Source: Patescibacteria group bacterium (GTDB lineage: Bacteria > Patescibacteriota > Microgenomatia > UBA1400 > PJMF01). From it: a DNA stretch of 64,000 nucleotides. Positions within the stretch are counted from its first letter, which is position 1. Each line of letters opens with the position of its first letter. Below are positions 48,289-60,084 of the stretch, piece after piece. The translations under genes and the position numbers were made by a program. The notes below the pieces were generated by a model, which had not been told where the DNA came from, did not search any database, and saw nothing but the letters and a program-made list of their open reading frames with translations. The stretch is from NCBI GenBank assembly GCA_016861085.1, contig BOKR01000001.1, positions 668,081 through 732,080 on the forward strand, read 5' to 3'.

Positions 48289-49062
48289 TTATTCTGCACT
48301 TTCTTGTGTAGCTTCTTCTGCTTTCTCTTGAACGGCAGGAAGGTTTGAAGCAGTAAGGTCTAATTCAATATTCTTTTTTTTACCTGTCTTTGAAATCTTG
48401 ACTTCACTCATTATTGATCCTGGAATTGGTCCTGAGAGCCAAATTTCCTTTTTTGTTGTATCAATATGTAAAACAACTAGGCCTGAAACTGATTTGGTCA
48501 CATCTCCAAAATGTCCTGGCATTTTTTTGCCGAGCCATACTCTACCTGGGGTTGTACGTTGACCAATAGAACCAACAGCTCTAGATCTGTCTGATTGACC
48601 GTGGGTAGCTGGACCACCGTGAAAACCATGGCGTTTCATTGCACCTGCAAATCCATGACCTTTGGTTACACCCTGTACCTGAACAACATCTCCAACACTC
48701 AAAATTGAATCTGATGCAATAACATCACCAACTTTATAGTCAGTTTCTGTTGCTGGATTTGCTTTGTCGTCAACTACTCTCACACCTTCAATTATTTGAT
48801 ATCCAAAAGAAAAACCACCTTTTTCTAATTTAGATCGAAGTGGTTTTTTCATGTTTTTCAACTTTTTTGTTCCATGTCCGACTTCTAAAATGGTGCATGG
48901 AAGGGTTTGTTTGAGTTGAGAATTCTTATCAAGAACTGAAACTTCTTGCTTACCAACAACTGCCATCTCATCTAATGAGACACGAGTTACAGCCAAGCGT
49001 TGACCTTTTTTTGTCCAAGCTTGTGTCATTCCTAATTTGGTCGCAAATGTATCTAATATCAT
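48289..49062 (-). CDS. rplC: 50S ribosomal protein L3
   Basis: …GVTKGHGFAGAMKRHGFHGGPATHGQSDRSRAVGSIG…. Confidence 0.9.
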   Translation of the reverse strand: MILDTFATKLGMTQAWTKKGQRLAVTRVSLDEMAVVGKQEVSVLDKNSQLKQTLPCTILEVGHGTKKLKNMKKPLRSKLEKGGFSFGYQIIEGVRVVDDKANPATETDYKVGDVIASDSILSVGDVVQVQGVTKGHGFAGAMKRHGFHGGPATHGQSDRSRAVGSIGQRTTPGRVWLGKKMPGHFGDVTKSVSGLVVLHIDTTKKEIWLSGPIPGSIMSEVKISKTGKKKNIELDLTASNLPAVQEKAEEATQESAE

Positions 49063-49171
49063 ACCAATAATATCTATAATTCAATTTTTTTACTATTTCT
49101 TTAGTCAGGTTGCCCGTATAAGTTGTGTGCAACAGTAACCTCTTTTGTATCTATCTACTACTAACAAACCA

Positions 49172-49504
49172 TTACATCTTTATCTGGATTGAAACACCTG
49201 CTGGTAATTCCAAATGCATCAAAGAATCGATGGTTTTACTGGTTGGATTGACAATGTCAATCAAACGCTTGTGAGTCTTAATATGATAATGTTCTTGTGC
49301 GTTCTTATCCACGTGTGGTGAAACCAACACAGTGAATTCTCTTTTGTGGGTAGGCAGTGGAACTGGTCCAACAACCTTTGCACCGGTAGAGAGCGCAGTC
49401 TCCAAAATCTTTTGGCTAGCAGCATCTATGACTCTGTGATCATAAGATTTTAATCTTACACGAATCTTATTTGCCGCATTGTTTTTTAGATTTTGTTTTG
49501 CCAT
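49172..49504 (-). CDS. rpsJ: 30S ribosomal protein S10. Start placed at the internal Met (MAKQN…); the ORF-track start at 49525 adds 7 aa.
   Basis: …[18 protein letters not shown]…, SD GGAAAG before the internal ATG. Confidence 0.85.
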   Translation of the reverse strand: MAKQNLKNNAANKIRVRLKSYDHRVIDAASQKILETALSTGAKVVGPVPLPTHKREFTVLVSPHVDKNAQEHYHIKTHKRLIDIVNPTSKTIDSLMHLELPAGVSIQIKM

Positions 49505-49542
49505 TTTTTTTACTTCTTTCCACATTTAAAACGTAGGACGCA

Positions 49543-49571
49543 ATTATACACAATATTCCTCAAGTTGTAAA
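49543..49571 (-). promoter_or_regulatory. Candidate S10-operon promoter (minus strand): TTTACA-17-TATAAT
   Basis: Plus-strand ATTATA at 49543-49548 and TGTAAA at 49566-49571, read directly. Confidence 0.45.
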
Positions 49572-49639
49572 GCATATGATGCTTTCCTGTGTTTTTTGGT
49601 AAAAAACTAGATTGAATATTGTTAGTGCAATCTACTTGT

Positions 49640-49694
49640 TTGCCAAAAAAGTTTGGTGTTTCAAACTTTGCGCCCCGCGTAAAGCGGGGCGCAA
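49640..49694 (-). terminator. Terminator downstream of tuf (minus strand). Perfect 11-bp GC-rich stem TTGCGCCCCGC/GCGGGGCGCAA with loop GTAAA, then a second small hairpin and TTTTTTGG.
   Basis: Read directly at 49668-49694. A-run at 49645-49650 on the plus strand. Confidence 0.6.
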
Positions 49695-49712
49695 GTTGAA
49701 TTCTAATTCAAA

Positions 49713-50906
49713 TTATTTGACGATCTTGGTAATAGCACCAGCACCAATTGTGTGTCCGCCTTCACGAATAGCGAAGCGAAGACCTTCATGAGCTGCGACT
49801 GGAACGATCAACTTCACAGTCATTTTAGCGTTATCACCTGGCATGACCATTTCAACACCACTTGGAAGTTGAATTTCACCGGTAACGTCTGTAGTTCTGA
49901 TGTAGAACTGTGGTCTGTATCCTGTAAAGAATGGTTTGTGTCTTCCACCTTCTTCTTTAGTTAAGATGTAAACCTCAGCTTCAAATTCAGTATGAACAGA
50001 AGTTGAACCTGGTTTAGCCAAGACTTGACCTCTTTCAACAGCTTCCTTATCAATACCTCTCAATAAGATACCGACGTTGTCACCTGCTTCACCTTGGTCA
50101 AGCATTTTACGGAACATTTCAACACCAGTAACTGTTGATTTTTGGGTTGGTCTGATACCAGTAATTTCAATTTCGTCACCAACTTTGACAATACCAGTTT
50201 CAATACGACCAGTAACAACAGTTCCTCTTCCTTTGATAGAGAAAACGTCTTCAACTGGCATCAAGAATGGCTTGTCTAATTGTCTGACTGGATCTGGAAT
50301 ATAGGTATCCACTGAGTTCATTAATTCCATGATTGCATCTTGTGCTGCCTTATCACCTTCAAGAGCTTTCAAAGCTGAAACTCTGTGAACTGGAACATTG
50401 TCACCGTCAAAACCATATTTGGTTAAGAGCTCTCTGACTTCCATTTCGACCAAGTCGAGTAGTTCAGAGTCATCAACCATATCTGATTTGTTCAAAGCAA
50501 CGACCAATCTTGGAACGTTAACTTGGTTAGCCAAGAGAATATGCTCACGGGTTTGTGGCATAGGACCATCAGTAGCTGCAACAACTAAAATTGCACCGTC
50601 CATTTGAGCTGCACCAGTAATCATGTTCTTGATGTAGTCAGCGTGACCTGGAGCGTCAATATGAGCGTAGTGTCTTTTCTCTGTTTCGTACTCGATGTGA
50701 GAAATGTTGATTGTAACACCACGAGCTGCTTCTTCTGGAGCATTGTCAATATCTAAATATGCTTTAGCTGCATTCACGCCGCCTGGAATTCTTGCTGCCA
50801 AAGTGGTAGCAATAGCTGCTGTAAGGGTGGTTTTACCGTGGTCAACGTGACCAATGGTACCGATGTTAACGTGCTTCTTATCACGTTTAAATTTATTATC
50901 TGCCAT
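49713..50906 (-). CDS. tuf: Elongation factor Tu
   Basis: [25 protein letters not shown]. 397 aa. Confidence 0.95.
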   Translation of the reverse strand: MADNKFKRDKKHVNIGTIGHVDHGKTTLTAAIATTLAARIPGGVNAAKAYLDIDNAPEEAARGVTINISHIEYETEKRHYAHIDAPGHADYIKNMITGAAQMDGAILVVAATDGPMPQTREHILLANQVNVPRLVVALNKSDMVDDSELLDLVEMEVRELLTKYGFDGDNVPVHRVSALKALEGDKAAQDAIMELMNSVDTYIPDPVRQLDKPFLMPVEDVFSIKGRGTVVTGRIETGIVKVGDEIEITGIRPTQKSTVTGVEMFRKMLDQGEAGDNVGILLRGIDKEAVERGQVLAKPGSTSVHTEFEAEVYILTKEEGGRHKPFFTGYRPQFYIRTTDVTGEIQLPSGVEMVMPGDNAKMTVKLIVPVAAHEGLRFAIREGGHTIGAGAITKIVK

Positions 50907-51013
50907 ATAAGGGCCTCCTTAATACATTTACTTACTTTTTACTTACGCACTCGAGTCTAATATTGTACTTGTTTCTGACCTTGCTGTCGAGAAGCAGTTA
51001 CTGTATCAAACAT

Positions 51014-53143
51014 TTATGAATTTTGATGTGATTTATGTTCTGCAACAATTTTTTCTGTTATATTGTTTGGAACAAAATCATAGTGACTTGGAAGCATCAC
51101 ACTTGAAGCTCTACCCTTGGTCATACTTCGTAGTTGTGTCACATATCCTTGCATTTCAGCTAAAGGTGCAAGCGCTGTGATAATCACAACACTACCTCTA
51201 GTTGTAGTACCTTGGATCTGGGCTCTTCTTGAACCTAAATCACCAATGACATCACCCATGTATTCTTCTGGGGTTGAGACTTCTACTTTCATGATTGGTT
51301 CTAGCAACATCATACCTGCTTTTGCAGTAGCGCTTCTCATTGCTAATGAGCCAGCCATCTTAAATGCAATTTCACTTGAGTCAACATCGTGGTATGAACC
51401 ATCATAGAGAGTTACTTTAACGTCACTCATTGGGTACCCAGCTAAGAAACCTCTCTCTAGAGATTCTTGCACACCTTTATCTGTTGGTTTAATAAATTCT
51501 TTTGGAACTACACCACCAGTTATAGCATTCACAAATTCATATCCGGTACCGCGATCTTTTGGCTCGATTCGCAGCCAAACATGACCATACTGACCACGAC
51601 CACCAGATTGTTTGATATATTTACCTTCAGCTTCTGCTACTTGAGTAATAGTTTCGCGATAGGCAACTTGTGGAGTACCAACATTAGCGTCAACCTTGAA
51701 TTCTCTCTTCATACGGTCAACGAGAATTTCAAGATGTAACTCACCCATACCACCAATGATTGTTTGTCCAGTTTCTGGATTAGATTTAATAGCAAAGGTT
51801 GGATCTTCTTCACTTAATTTAGCCAGTGCCATACCCATTTTTTCTTGGTCTGATTTGGTTCTTGGCTCAATTGCTAAAGAAATAACAGGATCTGCAAAAG
51901 TTATACCTTCCAGAACAATTGGGTTGGTATCATCGCATAAAGTGTCACCAGTTTTAGTGTTTTTCAAACCAACAATAGCAACGATTTCACCAGCTTGTGC
52001 TTTTGCAATTTCTTCTCTTTCATTTGCATGCATGAGTAACAAACGCCCAACTCTTTCTTTGGTGTCAGTGCTTGAATTATAAATGTATGTACCAGATTCT
52101 AATGTTCCAGAATATACGCGTGTGTATGTAATTCTTCCAACGTGTGGATCTGTTTGAATTTTAAACGCAAGCGCACAAAACTTTTCTTCTGGGATTAATT
52201 TTCTTGTTTCTTCTTCTTTTGTTTTTGGATTGGTACCGGTAATGTGATCAATATCAACCGGAGATGGGAGGTACTCAACAACTGCGTCCAGTACTGGCTG
52301 AACACCAGTGTTCTTCAATGAAGAACCAGCATAAACTGGAACTAATTGGTAGTTAATAACAGCTTTTCTTAGAGCAGCCTTCAATTCATTTAGTTCTAGT
52401 TCTTCACCAGCAAAATACTTCTCAAGTAATGCATCATCAGTCTCTGCTATCTGTTCAACTAACTGGGCGCGAAGTTCTTCAACTCTTGCTTTGTATTCTT
52501 CTGGTATCTCTTTGACATCCGGCTCTGTAGCCTCTGATTTATCTTCCCAAAATAATGCTTTTCTCTCTAAAAGTTGAATCACACCATCAAAGTTATTTTC
52601 AGCACCCATTGGGAGTACCATAATGGCTGGGGTCACCCCAAATTTTTCTCTAATATCTTGAACAGTCGCAAAAAAATCTGCACCCAATTTATCCATTTTA
52701 TTTATGAAACAAATTCTTGGCACATTATATTTATCAGCTTGTCTCCAAACAGTTTCTGATTGTGATTGCACACCCTCTGAAGCATCAAGCACGGTGATAC
52801 CACCGTCTAAGACACGCAGTGAGCGCTCAACCTCTGCAGTGAAGTCAACGTGCCCTGGAGTATCAATGATGTTGAATCTATATGGAGCTTTTTCCAAATG
52901 GACCTCAAAATGAGGTTCCCAAAAACAGGTTGTAGCTGCAGAAACGATAGTTATACCACGTTCTTGCTCTTGTTCCATCCAGTCCATGGTTGCAGCGCCC
53001 TCATGAACTTCACCGATTTTGTAGGTTCTACCAGTAAAGAATAAAATTCTCTCTGTCGTTGTAGTTTTACCTGCATCAATGTGAGCGATAATTCCGATGT
53101 TTCTAATTCTTTGTAATGGAACGTTTTTAGGTTTGCCTGCCAT
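51014..53143 (-). CDS. fusA: Elongation factor G
   Basis: [27 protein letters not shown]. 709 aa. Confidence 0.95.
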   Translation of the reverse strand: MAGKPKNVPLQRIRNIGIIAHIDAGKTTTTERILFFTGRTYKIGEVHEGAATMDWMEQEQERGITIVSAATTCFWEPHFEVHLEKAPYRFNIIDTPGHVDFTAEVERSLRVLDGGITVLDASEGVQSQSETVWRQADKYNVPRICFINKMDKLGADFFATVQDIREKFGVTPAIMVLPMGAENNFDGVIQLLERKALFWEDKSEATEPDVKEIPEEYKARVEELRAQLVEQIAETDDALLEKYFAGEELELNELKAALRKAVINYQLVPVYAGSSLKNTGVQPVLDAVVEYLPSPVDIDHITGTNPKTKEEETRKLIPEEKFCALAFKIQTDPHVGRITYTRVYSGTLESGTYIYNSSTDTKERVGRLLLMHANEREEIAKAQAGEIVAIVGLKNTKTGDTLCDDTNPIVLEGITFADPVISLAIEPRTKSDQEKMGMALAKLSEEDPTFAIKSNPETGQTIIGGMGELHLEILVDRMKREFKVDANVGTPQVAYRETITQVAEAEGKYIKQSGGRGQYGHVWLRIEPKDRGTGYEFVNAITGGVVPKEFIKPTDKGVQESLERGFLAGYPMSDVKVTLYDGSYHDVDSSEIAFKMAGSLAMRSATAKAGMMLLEPIMKVEVSTPEEYMGDVIGDLGSRRAQIQGTTTRGSVVIITALAPLAEMQGYVTQLRSMTKGRASSVMLPSHYDFVPNNITEKIVAEHKSHQNS

Positions 53144-53167
53144 ATATATTTTGCCTTATAAATTAGT

Positions 53168-53644
53168 TTACCATCTGAAATGAGCGAATGCTTTGTTAGC
53201 ATCAGCCATTCTGTGAGAAGTGTTTCTCTTGTTAATTGCACCACCTTGTCCCTGCAAAGAGTCGAGCATTTCTGCCACAAGCTTTTCAGCAAAAGTATGA
53301 TGTAATTTACTTGGGCGTTTTGCAGCTTCACTGATGAGCCATCTAAGTGCTAAAGCAAATGCTCTTTTTGCACGAACAGGCATAGGAACTTGATAAGAAG
53401 CACCACCAACGCGACGAGAACGAACTTCCATCTGTGGAGAAATCGCCTTAACAACTTCTTCAAATGCTTCAACTGGTTTTTTGCCAGTTTTTTTTGCTAA
53501 CTCTTCAAGAGCCGCATACACTTGTTTTTGAGCCACGGTTTTTTTGCCGTCTTTCATCACAGCATTGATAAATTTAGTGACTCTGGTAGAGCCATATCTG
53601 CCATCAGGCAAAACTGTTCTTATTGGAGCTTTTTTAGTTCTCAT
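53168..53644 (-). CDS. rpsG: 30S ribosomal protein S7
   Basis: 158 aa, …KFINAVMKDGKKTVA…. Confidence 0.9.
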   Translation of the reverse strand: MRTKKAPIRTVLPDGRYGSTRVTKFINAVMKDGKKTVAQKQVYAALEELAKKTGKKPVEAFEEVVKAISPQMEVRSRRVGGASYQVPMPVRAKRAFALALRWLISEAAKRPSKLHHTFAEKLVAEMLDSLQGQGGAINKRNTSHRMADANKAFAHFRW

Positions 53645-53718
53645 GATATTTTCTTCTCCGCCACTTTGTGACGAATACTTTCATTGACTATATATTACTT
53701 TTTTACTTACTATTTTGA

Positions 53719-54129
53719 TTAGCTTTTCTTCACACCGTATTTACTACGAGAAGTTTTTCTGCCACTTACACCTGCAGCATCATATTTGCCTCTAATGATG
53801 TGATATTTCACACCAGGCAAGTCTTTCACTCTGCCACCTCTGACCAACACGATACTGTGTTCTGCCAATGAGTGACCTTCACCCATAATGTATGCTGTAA
53901 CTTCCATTTTATTAGAAAGACGAACACGAGCAACCTTACGAAGTGCTGAGTTTGGTTTCTTAGGAGTCATAGTTTTGACTACAGTACAGACACCACGTTT
54001 CTGTGGGTTGTTAGTCATAACTTGTTTACCAGTATTAGAATTAAAACTTCGGCGTAGTGCTTGAGCTTTAATTTTTTTAGGTTTACTTTTACGTCCACCT
54101 TTTCTAATTAACTGATTAATTGTTGGCAT
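53719..54129 (-). CDS. rpsL: 30S ribosomal protein S12
   Basis: [13 protein letters not shown]…[16 protein letters not shown]…. Confidence 0.95.
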   Translation of the reverse strand: MPTINQLIRKGGRKSKPKKIKAQALRRSFNSNTGKQVMTNNPQKRGVCTVVKTMTPKKPNSALRKVARVRLSNKMEVTAYIMGEGHSLAEHSIVLVRGGRVKDLPGVKYHIIRGKYDAAGVSGRKTSRSKYGVKKS

Positions 54130-54221
54130 AATTGCTGCTTTCTTACTTTTTCGTTATATATATCTATTTAATGTTTGCTATTTTTGAAGTCACACTTACC
54201 ACAAAAATAACGCGAGAACTG

Positions 54222-54230
54222 ATTATATCA
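54222..54230 (-). promoter_or_regulatory. Extended -10 TGATATAAT (minus strand) about 90 nt upstream of rpsL
   Basis: Plus-strand ATTATATCA read directly. No strong -35. Confidence 0.4.
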
Positions 54231-54266
54231 TGAAGCGCTTATTTGTGCAGAACTAAAATGAGGTTT

Positions 54267-56243
54267 TTACTTACCAGCACTAATTGTTTTTATTCTAGTA
54301 AGATCAACAGGTTTTTCTGAGAGGAACGACCATAAAAAACGCTCAACAAGTAATCCATTAACCCATAGGGAGATTGTGTTTTCAGAAATTCGCAGTTTTT
54401 CAATAATAGCCCTTACTTGTTGTGGATAATCTTGCAATCTCAATCCAGAAGCAGAACCGCCAACATAGAAGCCATTTTGGGAATCACCTTTAATTGCGGT
54501 TTGTCCTTCTCTATCTTGAACTATGCCAATATTTAACCCAGATAATCTTGATAACATATTTTCGATATTGAACCGTTCAAGTCCTGTTGCAGGAATCACA
54601 TAGTCATACTGTTGCGTTCTTACCGATCTTTTCTTTCCAGCTGGGGCGTCACTGACAACTATAGCTGTTGTTTTTCTATCTGCATCTTTCACTTCAGCCC
54701 ATCGTGTAACTCTATTTGCAATTGTAGTAATTACACCTTTATTTTTCTCTGAAAACACTCTCTTATATCTAGGTCTTACAGCCTCTGCAAACTCTTGTGG
54801 AGTCTGTTCGGGAATGTTGTAGTGGGTCACTTTTGGAATTACCTTTCTACTTAATTCGAATGGATATGAAAGCAACGGTCCATCAAAATTGAATAACTCA
54901 GACAAAGTATATGCCGTATCAGCACCACCAATAATAGCGACACTTTTTGGCTGACCGGTTTGAGGATCAATTTGAAAAACTTCATTCAAAGGGAAATATT
55001 TCGGATCTGGATTTGCTTGTAACTCCTCGTACCAAAATCCATACAGCTTTTCTATAGAAGTTAAGGTAAGTATTTTTGGTAAATCCCAAACAACTTTATT
55101 TAATCTTCCAGATCTTACATATGCGCGGTTAGTTTCTATTTGTTTATCAATCGATTTTGCCGCTCGCTCATATGATGCTCTTGTAGTTCTGTCCTCAATT
55201 TTACAAACTTCTCTTCCAGGACCAGTTAAACAAATAACTGCAGCCGCATCTATTTTTCTTCTTTTACCTCTTGAATCAACCAAAGTTAATTCTTTGGTCC
55301 CATCTGCATTAACTTTTGTCTGGCTTAAGTCAACCTCTTGCCCAACAATATAGTCTGTCGCCCCTAAAGCAATATTTGTAGCTATCGCAGCTCCAAGTTT
55401 TTGTCCGGCAATATATTCTCGAGTTACACCATCGTCACAAACTACGCGTAAATCACCAGCATCTATAAGGTTTGAAAGACGAACAGCACCAAGCTGACCA
55501 CTCACTGTAATTGGAGTTGTGCCACTATTTTGTAGTGGTAAACGTTTTCCATTAGCTGATTCATTTACTGTACTGTTAATATAGAGAGGACGATTCCTCC
55601 ATGGTTTACCGATGGTTGTTTCCTTTGTAATAACGGTAACGTTGTAAAATGGACCTAGTAACTGGACTGCCAGAGAGGTTAATGGACCCCCTCCAATAAT
55701 TACTATATCCTTTTTTATTTTTTTTCTTCTAGAGCGATCAATCTCAGTTATATTTCTTCTAGAAGAATCTTGAACTGCAGTATCTATCTCTCTTAGCCAT
55801 ACTGCTCTCAATTTTGGTTCATTTAAAATAACTTCAAGTTGAAAATCCAAAACATCCTCTGGAACACTGAAAAAAGTATCAATCCCTTGTGGAGCCTTTT
55901 CTCGGAAAGTTGAGAAAAACAGACCTCTTTTTTCTGCATATGCCAGTTGAAAATTAAATTGGTTAACGAGGTCATATTGAGATCTTTTTGTTGCAAAAGT
56001 CCTATCAATGAAAGCCTTCAAGGGCCCTAGATTCTTTCTTCTACTCTTGAGGATATAGTATGATAACTCTGGAGCAGTGAGCTTAATTCCAACTATTGCT
56101 AACTCTCTTTGTAACTTATTTAAAAAGCTTTTTTTTAAGCTTGAAAGGTCAGCTACATCTGAGTTTGCTCTCACAAAATCGACTGCTTCAGTTATTGGTG
56201 GTAAATTTTCTCTTTTTTCTTGCCTTAAAGTTTTTCTTAGCAT
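54267..56243 (-). CDS. Two-dinucleotide-binding-domain flavoprotein-like protein (658 aa) with an approx. 180-aa N-terminal extension; putative FAD/NAD(P) oxidoreductase of unknown function
   Basis: Two Rossmann beta-alpha-beta fingerprints: IVIIGGGPLTSLAVQLLGPFYNVTVITKE and VAIIGGADTAYTLSELF. C-terminal GD-like motif NGFYVGGSASG. No closer family recognised. Confidence 0.55.
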   Translation of the reverse strand: MLRKTLRQEKRENLPPITEAVDFVRANSDVADLSSLKKSFLNKLQRELAIVGIKLTAPELSYYILKSRRKNLGPLKAFIDRTFATKRSQYDLVNQFNFQLAYAEKRGLFFSTFREKAPQGIDTFFSVPEDVLDFQLEVILNEPKLRAVWLREIDTAVQDSSRRNITEIDRSRRKKIKKDIVIIGGGPLTSLAVQLLGPFYNVTVITKETTIGKPWRNRPLYINSTVNESANGKRLPLQNSGTTPITVSGQLGAVRLSNLIDAGDLRVVCDDGVTREYIAGQKLGAAIATNIALGATDYIVGQEVDLSQTKVNADGTKELTLVDSRGKRRKIDAAAVICLTGPGREVCKIEDRTTRASYERAAKSIDKQIETNRAYVRSGRLNKVVWDLPKILTLTSIEKLYGFWYEELQANPDPKYFPLNEVFQIDPQTGQPKSVAIIGGADTAYTLSELFNFDGPLLSYPFELSRKVIPKVTHYNIPEQTPQEFAEAVRPRYKRVFSEKNKGVITTIANRVTRWAEVKDADRKTTAIVVSDAPAGKKRSVRTQQYDYVIPATGLERFNIENMLSRLSGLNIGIVQDREGQTAIKGDSQNGFYVGGSASGLRLQDYPQQVRAIIEKLRISENTISLWVNGLLVERFLWSFLSEKPVDLTRIKTISAGK

Positions 56244-56277
56244 TTTGTTTAATTGACTTTACTTTGTAAAAAAAGGC

Positions 56278-56306
56278 ATTATAACGTGTAATAGTGGATA
56301 CGTCAA
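56278..56306 (-). promoter_or_regulatory. Consensus-like sigma-70 promoter (minus strand) TTGACG-17-TATAAT driving the 658-aa gene
   Basis: Plus-strand ATTATA at 56278-56283 and CGTCAA at 56301-56306. The spacer is exactly 17 nt. Confidence 0.5.
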
Positions 56307-56315
56307 GCAATTACA

Positions 56316-56344
56316 AAGCAGCCTCACAAAAAGTGAGGCTGCTT
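56316..56344 (-). terminator. Hairpin downstream of rpoC: 12-bp perfect stem AAGCAGCCTCAC/GTGAGGCTGCTT with loop AAAAA, followed on the minus strand by TGTAATTG (modest U-tract)
   Basis: Read directly. It separates rpoC from the inserted 658-aa gene. Confidence 0.5.
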
Positions 56345-56367
56345 ACAAAATCATTCTTATTTCAAGA

Positions 56368-59300
56368 TTATACTGTGATCTCGGCTCTCTCTTTGCTTGT
56401 TGGGATCAAACGTCCGATAATAACGTTTTCTTTCAACCCTTCGAGGTAATCAATATCACCTGCTGAAGCTGCATCTGTTAACACATTTTTGGTGTGTTGG
56501 AATGAAGCAGCAGACAACCATGAAGCTGTAAAAAGCGATGATCTGGTAATACCCAAGAATAACACTTTAGCAGTGGCTGGTTCACCACCAGCTGCCATTG
56601 CTTCATCATTGGCTTCAATGAATTTAGCTCTTTCAATTACTTCACCAGTCAAGAAATCAGTATCTCCAGTAGATTCAATCATGACTTTATCAGACATTTT
56701 TCTGATAATCACTTCAAAGTGCTTATCATGAATAGGAATACCTTGTGATTCGTATACTGCTTGTACCTGACCAATTGTGTATTGTTGTGCTTGAGTCAAA
56801 CCAGTCACGATCATTAACTCTTTTACATTGATCGCACCAGAAGTTAATTGTTGCCCAGCATACACTAGGTCTCCATCTGATACAACTATATCTGTAGAAA
56901 GAGGTACTGTGTATTGTACTTCTTCTGATGGAGCTGCTGTGGTTTTAATAGTAATGATCATCTCTTTTTCAGTCTCTTCAAGAGAAACTTTACCGGTGAC
57001 TTCACTAATTAAAGATTGATTCTTTGGTGAACGTGCTTCAAGCAATTCTTCCACACGAGGCAAGCCTTGAGTCACGTCAGCACCAACGATACCACCTTTG
57101 TGCTTAGTTCTCATGGTTAACTGAGTACCTGGCTCACCAATTGATTGTGCGGCCAAAATACCAACTGGAACACCGATCTCAATCATCTTTGAAGTTGAGA
57201 AGTCGATGCCATAGCATTGGGCACACAAACCCTTTGGAGAATCACAAGTGAGTGGTGATCTCACCTCTGCTGAAGGTAACCCTGCTGCTACTAATTCTTC
57301 TGCAAGTTCGATTGTGAGTAGTGTACCTTTTTGTGCTACCACTTTACCCTTAATTAAAGCGTCTTTTGCCAAGATTCTGCCTGAGATTCTGGTTGCAAAG
57401 ACATCAGTTCTATCTTCATTGGTAATTGTGATGTAATTTTGAGTACCACAGTCCTCAAGTCTAATAATTGCGTCATGAGCAACGTCACACAAACGTCTGG
57501 TAAGGTATCCTGCATCTGCTGTTTTGATAGCAGAGTCAGTTAAACCTTTACGAGAACCTCTTGCAGATGTCACGTACTCGAAAATTGTCAAACCTTCTCT
57601 AAAGTTAGATTTTGTAGGCATTTCGACAATGTTTCCAAGTGGGTCAACAACAAGTCCACGCATAGCAGCGAGTTGTTTCACCTGATCTTTTGAAGCACGA
57701 GTACCACCTGATTCAATAATAACTTTGACTGCATTATCAGCTGAGTAAGTTTCCCATGTCTTTTCTGCAATTTCTTCTGTTGTATCAATCCAAACATCAA
57801 ATGAAAGTCTCTTTCTCTCTTCGAGAGCGATCATACCTTCATTATACTGTTCTTGAATCTCTTCAACTTTCTTGTTTGCACTGGCAATGATCTCATTTTT
57901 CTCTGGGATCATCTCACAGTCAGACACAGAAACTGAAATTCCAGAAACTGTTGCTGCAGCAAAACCCAGATCTTTGATACTGTCAATTAATCTTGTGACA
58001 ACATCTCTATCCAAGGTTTTGATTGCTGTAGTAACCAACTGTTTGATTTTCTTTGCTGGAATTGCTTCGTTAATGAACCCAAATTCTTCTGGCAACACAT
58101 CATTAAATTGGAGTCTACCAACCGTTGTTTCAACAACTTTGTTCAGACCATTTACTTGTATTCTTACCTTTGCAAGTTGTCTCAAACCTAATTTGCCAAC
58201 CTGATATGCATGGTATGCTTCATCTTTTGAAGCAAAAATACTTGCAAATCTTGGCAATTTTGTATCAACTGCTGTGTGATAGTACACACCCATAGCCATT
58301 TCTTTGTTAGGAATGGTTATTGGTTCACCGTTAGCAGGTTTGAGCAAGTTGTGAGTTGCCATCATTAACTCTTGAGCTTCTTCTTGAGCTTTTTTGGTTA
58401 GTGGAACATGCACAGCCATTTGGTCACCGTCAAAGTCAGCGTTATACCCTGAACAAACACAAGGGTGCAATCGAATAGCGTTTCCTTCAATCAAAATTGG
58501 GAAGAAGGCTTGCATACCAAGTTTATGCAAAGTTGGAGCACGGTTTAAAATCACTGGGTGATTTTTGGTAACCTGTTCAAGAATGTCATAGACTTCTGGC
58601 TCGTGTCTTTCAATTAAGTGTTTTGCACTCTTCACGTTTGGAGCTATACCATTAACAATCAGTTCACGTAAAACGTATGGTTTGAACATTTCAAGTGCCA
58701 TATCTTTTGGTAATCCACACTCATTGAGTTTGAGTTCTGGACCCACAACGATAACTGAACGACCTGAGTAGTCAACACGTTTACCAAGCAAGTTCTGTCT
58801 GAAACGACCTTGTTTACCTTTCAACATCTCTGAGAGAGATTTGAGTGGCCTTCTGGTTTGTCTTCTTCTGGTTTGTCGTGCACTTGAACCATCAATTAAT
58901 GAATCAACTGCTTCTTGAAGCATACGTTTTTCATTTCTTAAAATGATCTCTGGAGCACCAAGCTCGATCAAATGTTTCAAACGGTTGTTACGATTGATAA
59001 CTCTTCTGTACAAATCGTTCAAATCTGAAGTTGCAAATCTTCCGCCTGAAAGTTGTACCATAGGACGTAAGTCTGGTGGTATAACTGGTAAGATTGTCAT
59101 GAACATCCAAGATGGCTTGATTCTTGCTTTTCGCAAACCCTCAACGACTCTCAAGCGTTTGGTAGCTTTGAGACGTTTTGCACCTTTTGATTCGACAACT
59201 TCGTCTCTTAGTTTGATCACAAGATCGTCTAAATCTACTTGTGAAACTAACTCAAGAATACTCTCTGCACCCATACCAACTCGCAAGTGGCTTGAAGCAT

Positions 59301-60084
59301 TGTAATCATCAAGCTTGAGGTATTCGTCTTCTGAAAGGATAGTTCCTTTAGAAATTTTCTTGACCATTTGCTTGACGGTTTTGTATATCTCTTCAGTCTG
59401 TTCAAGTTGCACTTCTAGTTGCTTTTTGAGCGCTGCCAATTTGTTTTTAGCTTTGAGTTCAATTTCGGTCAACTTAAGTTGTAAAGTTTCCTTATTGGTG
59501 ACTTTTTCTTTTAAGTGTTTTTGATCCTCAACCAAAGTGTTAGTAACAACTTCCATTTCTTTCTTAACGTTTTCTTTGAGCTCGTCTTGTGCCGCAACCA
59601 AATCAACGTCTAAGTTTTCAACAACTGCTGTTCTTTCTTCTACATCTACATCTAATACAACGTATTTTGAGAAATACACAATTGAACTCAAGTTTCTTGG
59701 ACTAATGTCTAGGAGTAAAGAAAGTTTTGATGGAGCACCCTTGAAAAACCAGATATGAGCAACTGGAGCGGCCAATGAAATATGACCCATTCTCTCACGT
59801 CTCACTTTTGATTGTGTTACCTCAACACCACATTTATCACAGACAATACCTTTGTAACGAATTCTTTTGTATTTACCACAATAACACTCATAGTCTTTGA
59901 TAGGTCCAAAGATTTTTTCATCAAATAAACCATCTTTTTCTGCTTTCAAAGATCTGTAGTTAATTGTTTCTGGTTTTTTAACCTCACCGTATGACCAAGA
60001 TTTAATTGTATCTGGGTCTGCGATTCTGATTTCTAAGGCTGAAAAGTTAATTATATTCTTCATATGTGTTTCCTTATTCTTCAT
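56368..60084 (-). CDS. rpoC: DNA-directed RNA polymerase subunit beta-prime
   Basis: Zn-finger [22 protein letters not shown], catalytic NADFDGDQM. 1238 aa. Confidence 0.95.
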   Translation of the reverse strand: MKNKETHMKNIINFSALEIRIADPDTIKSWSYGEVKKPETINYRSLKAEKDGLFDEKIFGPIKDYECYCGKYKRIRYKGIVCDKCGVEVTQSKVRRERMGHISLAAPVAHIWFFKGAPSKLSLLLDISPRNLSSIVYFSKYVVLDVDVEERTAVVENLDVDLVAAQDELKENVKKEMEVVTNTLVEDQKHLKEKVTNKETLQLKLTEIELKAKNKLAALKKQLEVQLEQTEEIYKTVKQMVKKISKGTILSEDEYLKLDDYNASSHLRVGMGAESILELVSQVDLDDLVIKLRDEVVESKGAKRLKATKRLRVVEGLRKARIKPSWMFMTILPVIPPDLRPMVQLSGGRFATSDLNDLYRRVINRNNRLKHLIELGAPEIILRNEKRMLQEAVDSLIDGSSARQTRRRQTRRPLKSLSEMLKGKQGRFRQNLLGKRVDYSGRSVIVVGPELKLNECGLPKDMALEMFKPYVLRELIVNGIAPNVKSAKHLIERHEPEVYDILEQVTKNHPVILNRAPTLHKLGMQAFFPILIEGNAIRLHPCVCSGYNADFDGDQMAVHVPLTKKAQEEAQELMMATHNLLKPANGEPITIPNKEMAMGVYYHTAVDTKLPRFASIFASKDEAYHAYQVGKLGLRQLAKVRIQVNGLNKVVETTVGRLQFNDVLPEEFGFINEAIPAKKIKQLVTTAIKTLDRDVVTRLIDSIKDLGFAAATVSGISVSVSDCEMIPEKNEIIASANKKVEEIQEQYNEGMIALEERKRLSFDVWIDTTEEIAEKTWETYSADNAVKVIIESGGTRASKDQVKQLAAMRGLVVDPLGNIVEMPTKSNFREGLTIFEYVTSARGSRKGLTDSAIKTADAGYLTRRLCDVAHDAIIRLEDCGTQNYITITNEDRTDVFATRISGRILAKDALIKGKVVAQKGTLLTIELAEELVAAGLPSAEVRSPLTCDSPKGLCAQCYGIDFSTSKMIEIGVPVGILAAQSIGEPGTQLTMRTKHKGGIVGADVTQGLPRVEELLEARSPKNQSLISEVTGKVSLEETEKEMIITIKTTAAPSEEVQYTVPLSTDIVVSDGDLVYAGQQLTSGAINVKELMIVTGLTQAQQYTIGQVQAVYESQGIPIHDKHFEVIIRKMSDKVMIESTGDTDFLTGEVIERAKFIEANDEAMAAGGEPATAKVLFLGITRSSLFTASWLSAASFQHTKNVLTDAASAGDIDYLEGLKENVIIGRLIPTSKERAEITV

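Noticed and set aside
49505-49525. Seven extra N-terminal codons (MWKEVKK) on the rpsJ ORF
   Set aside because: S10 orthologues start at MAKQ…, and a GGAAAG SD precedes the internal ATG, so the shorter start is preferred. Note that coordinates 49505-49525 are listed with start > end only to mark the discarded segment.
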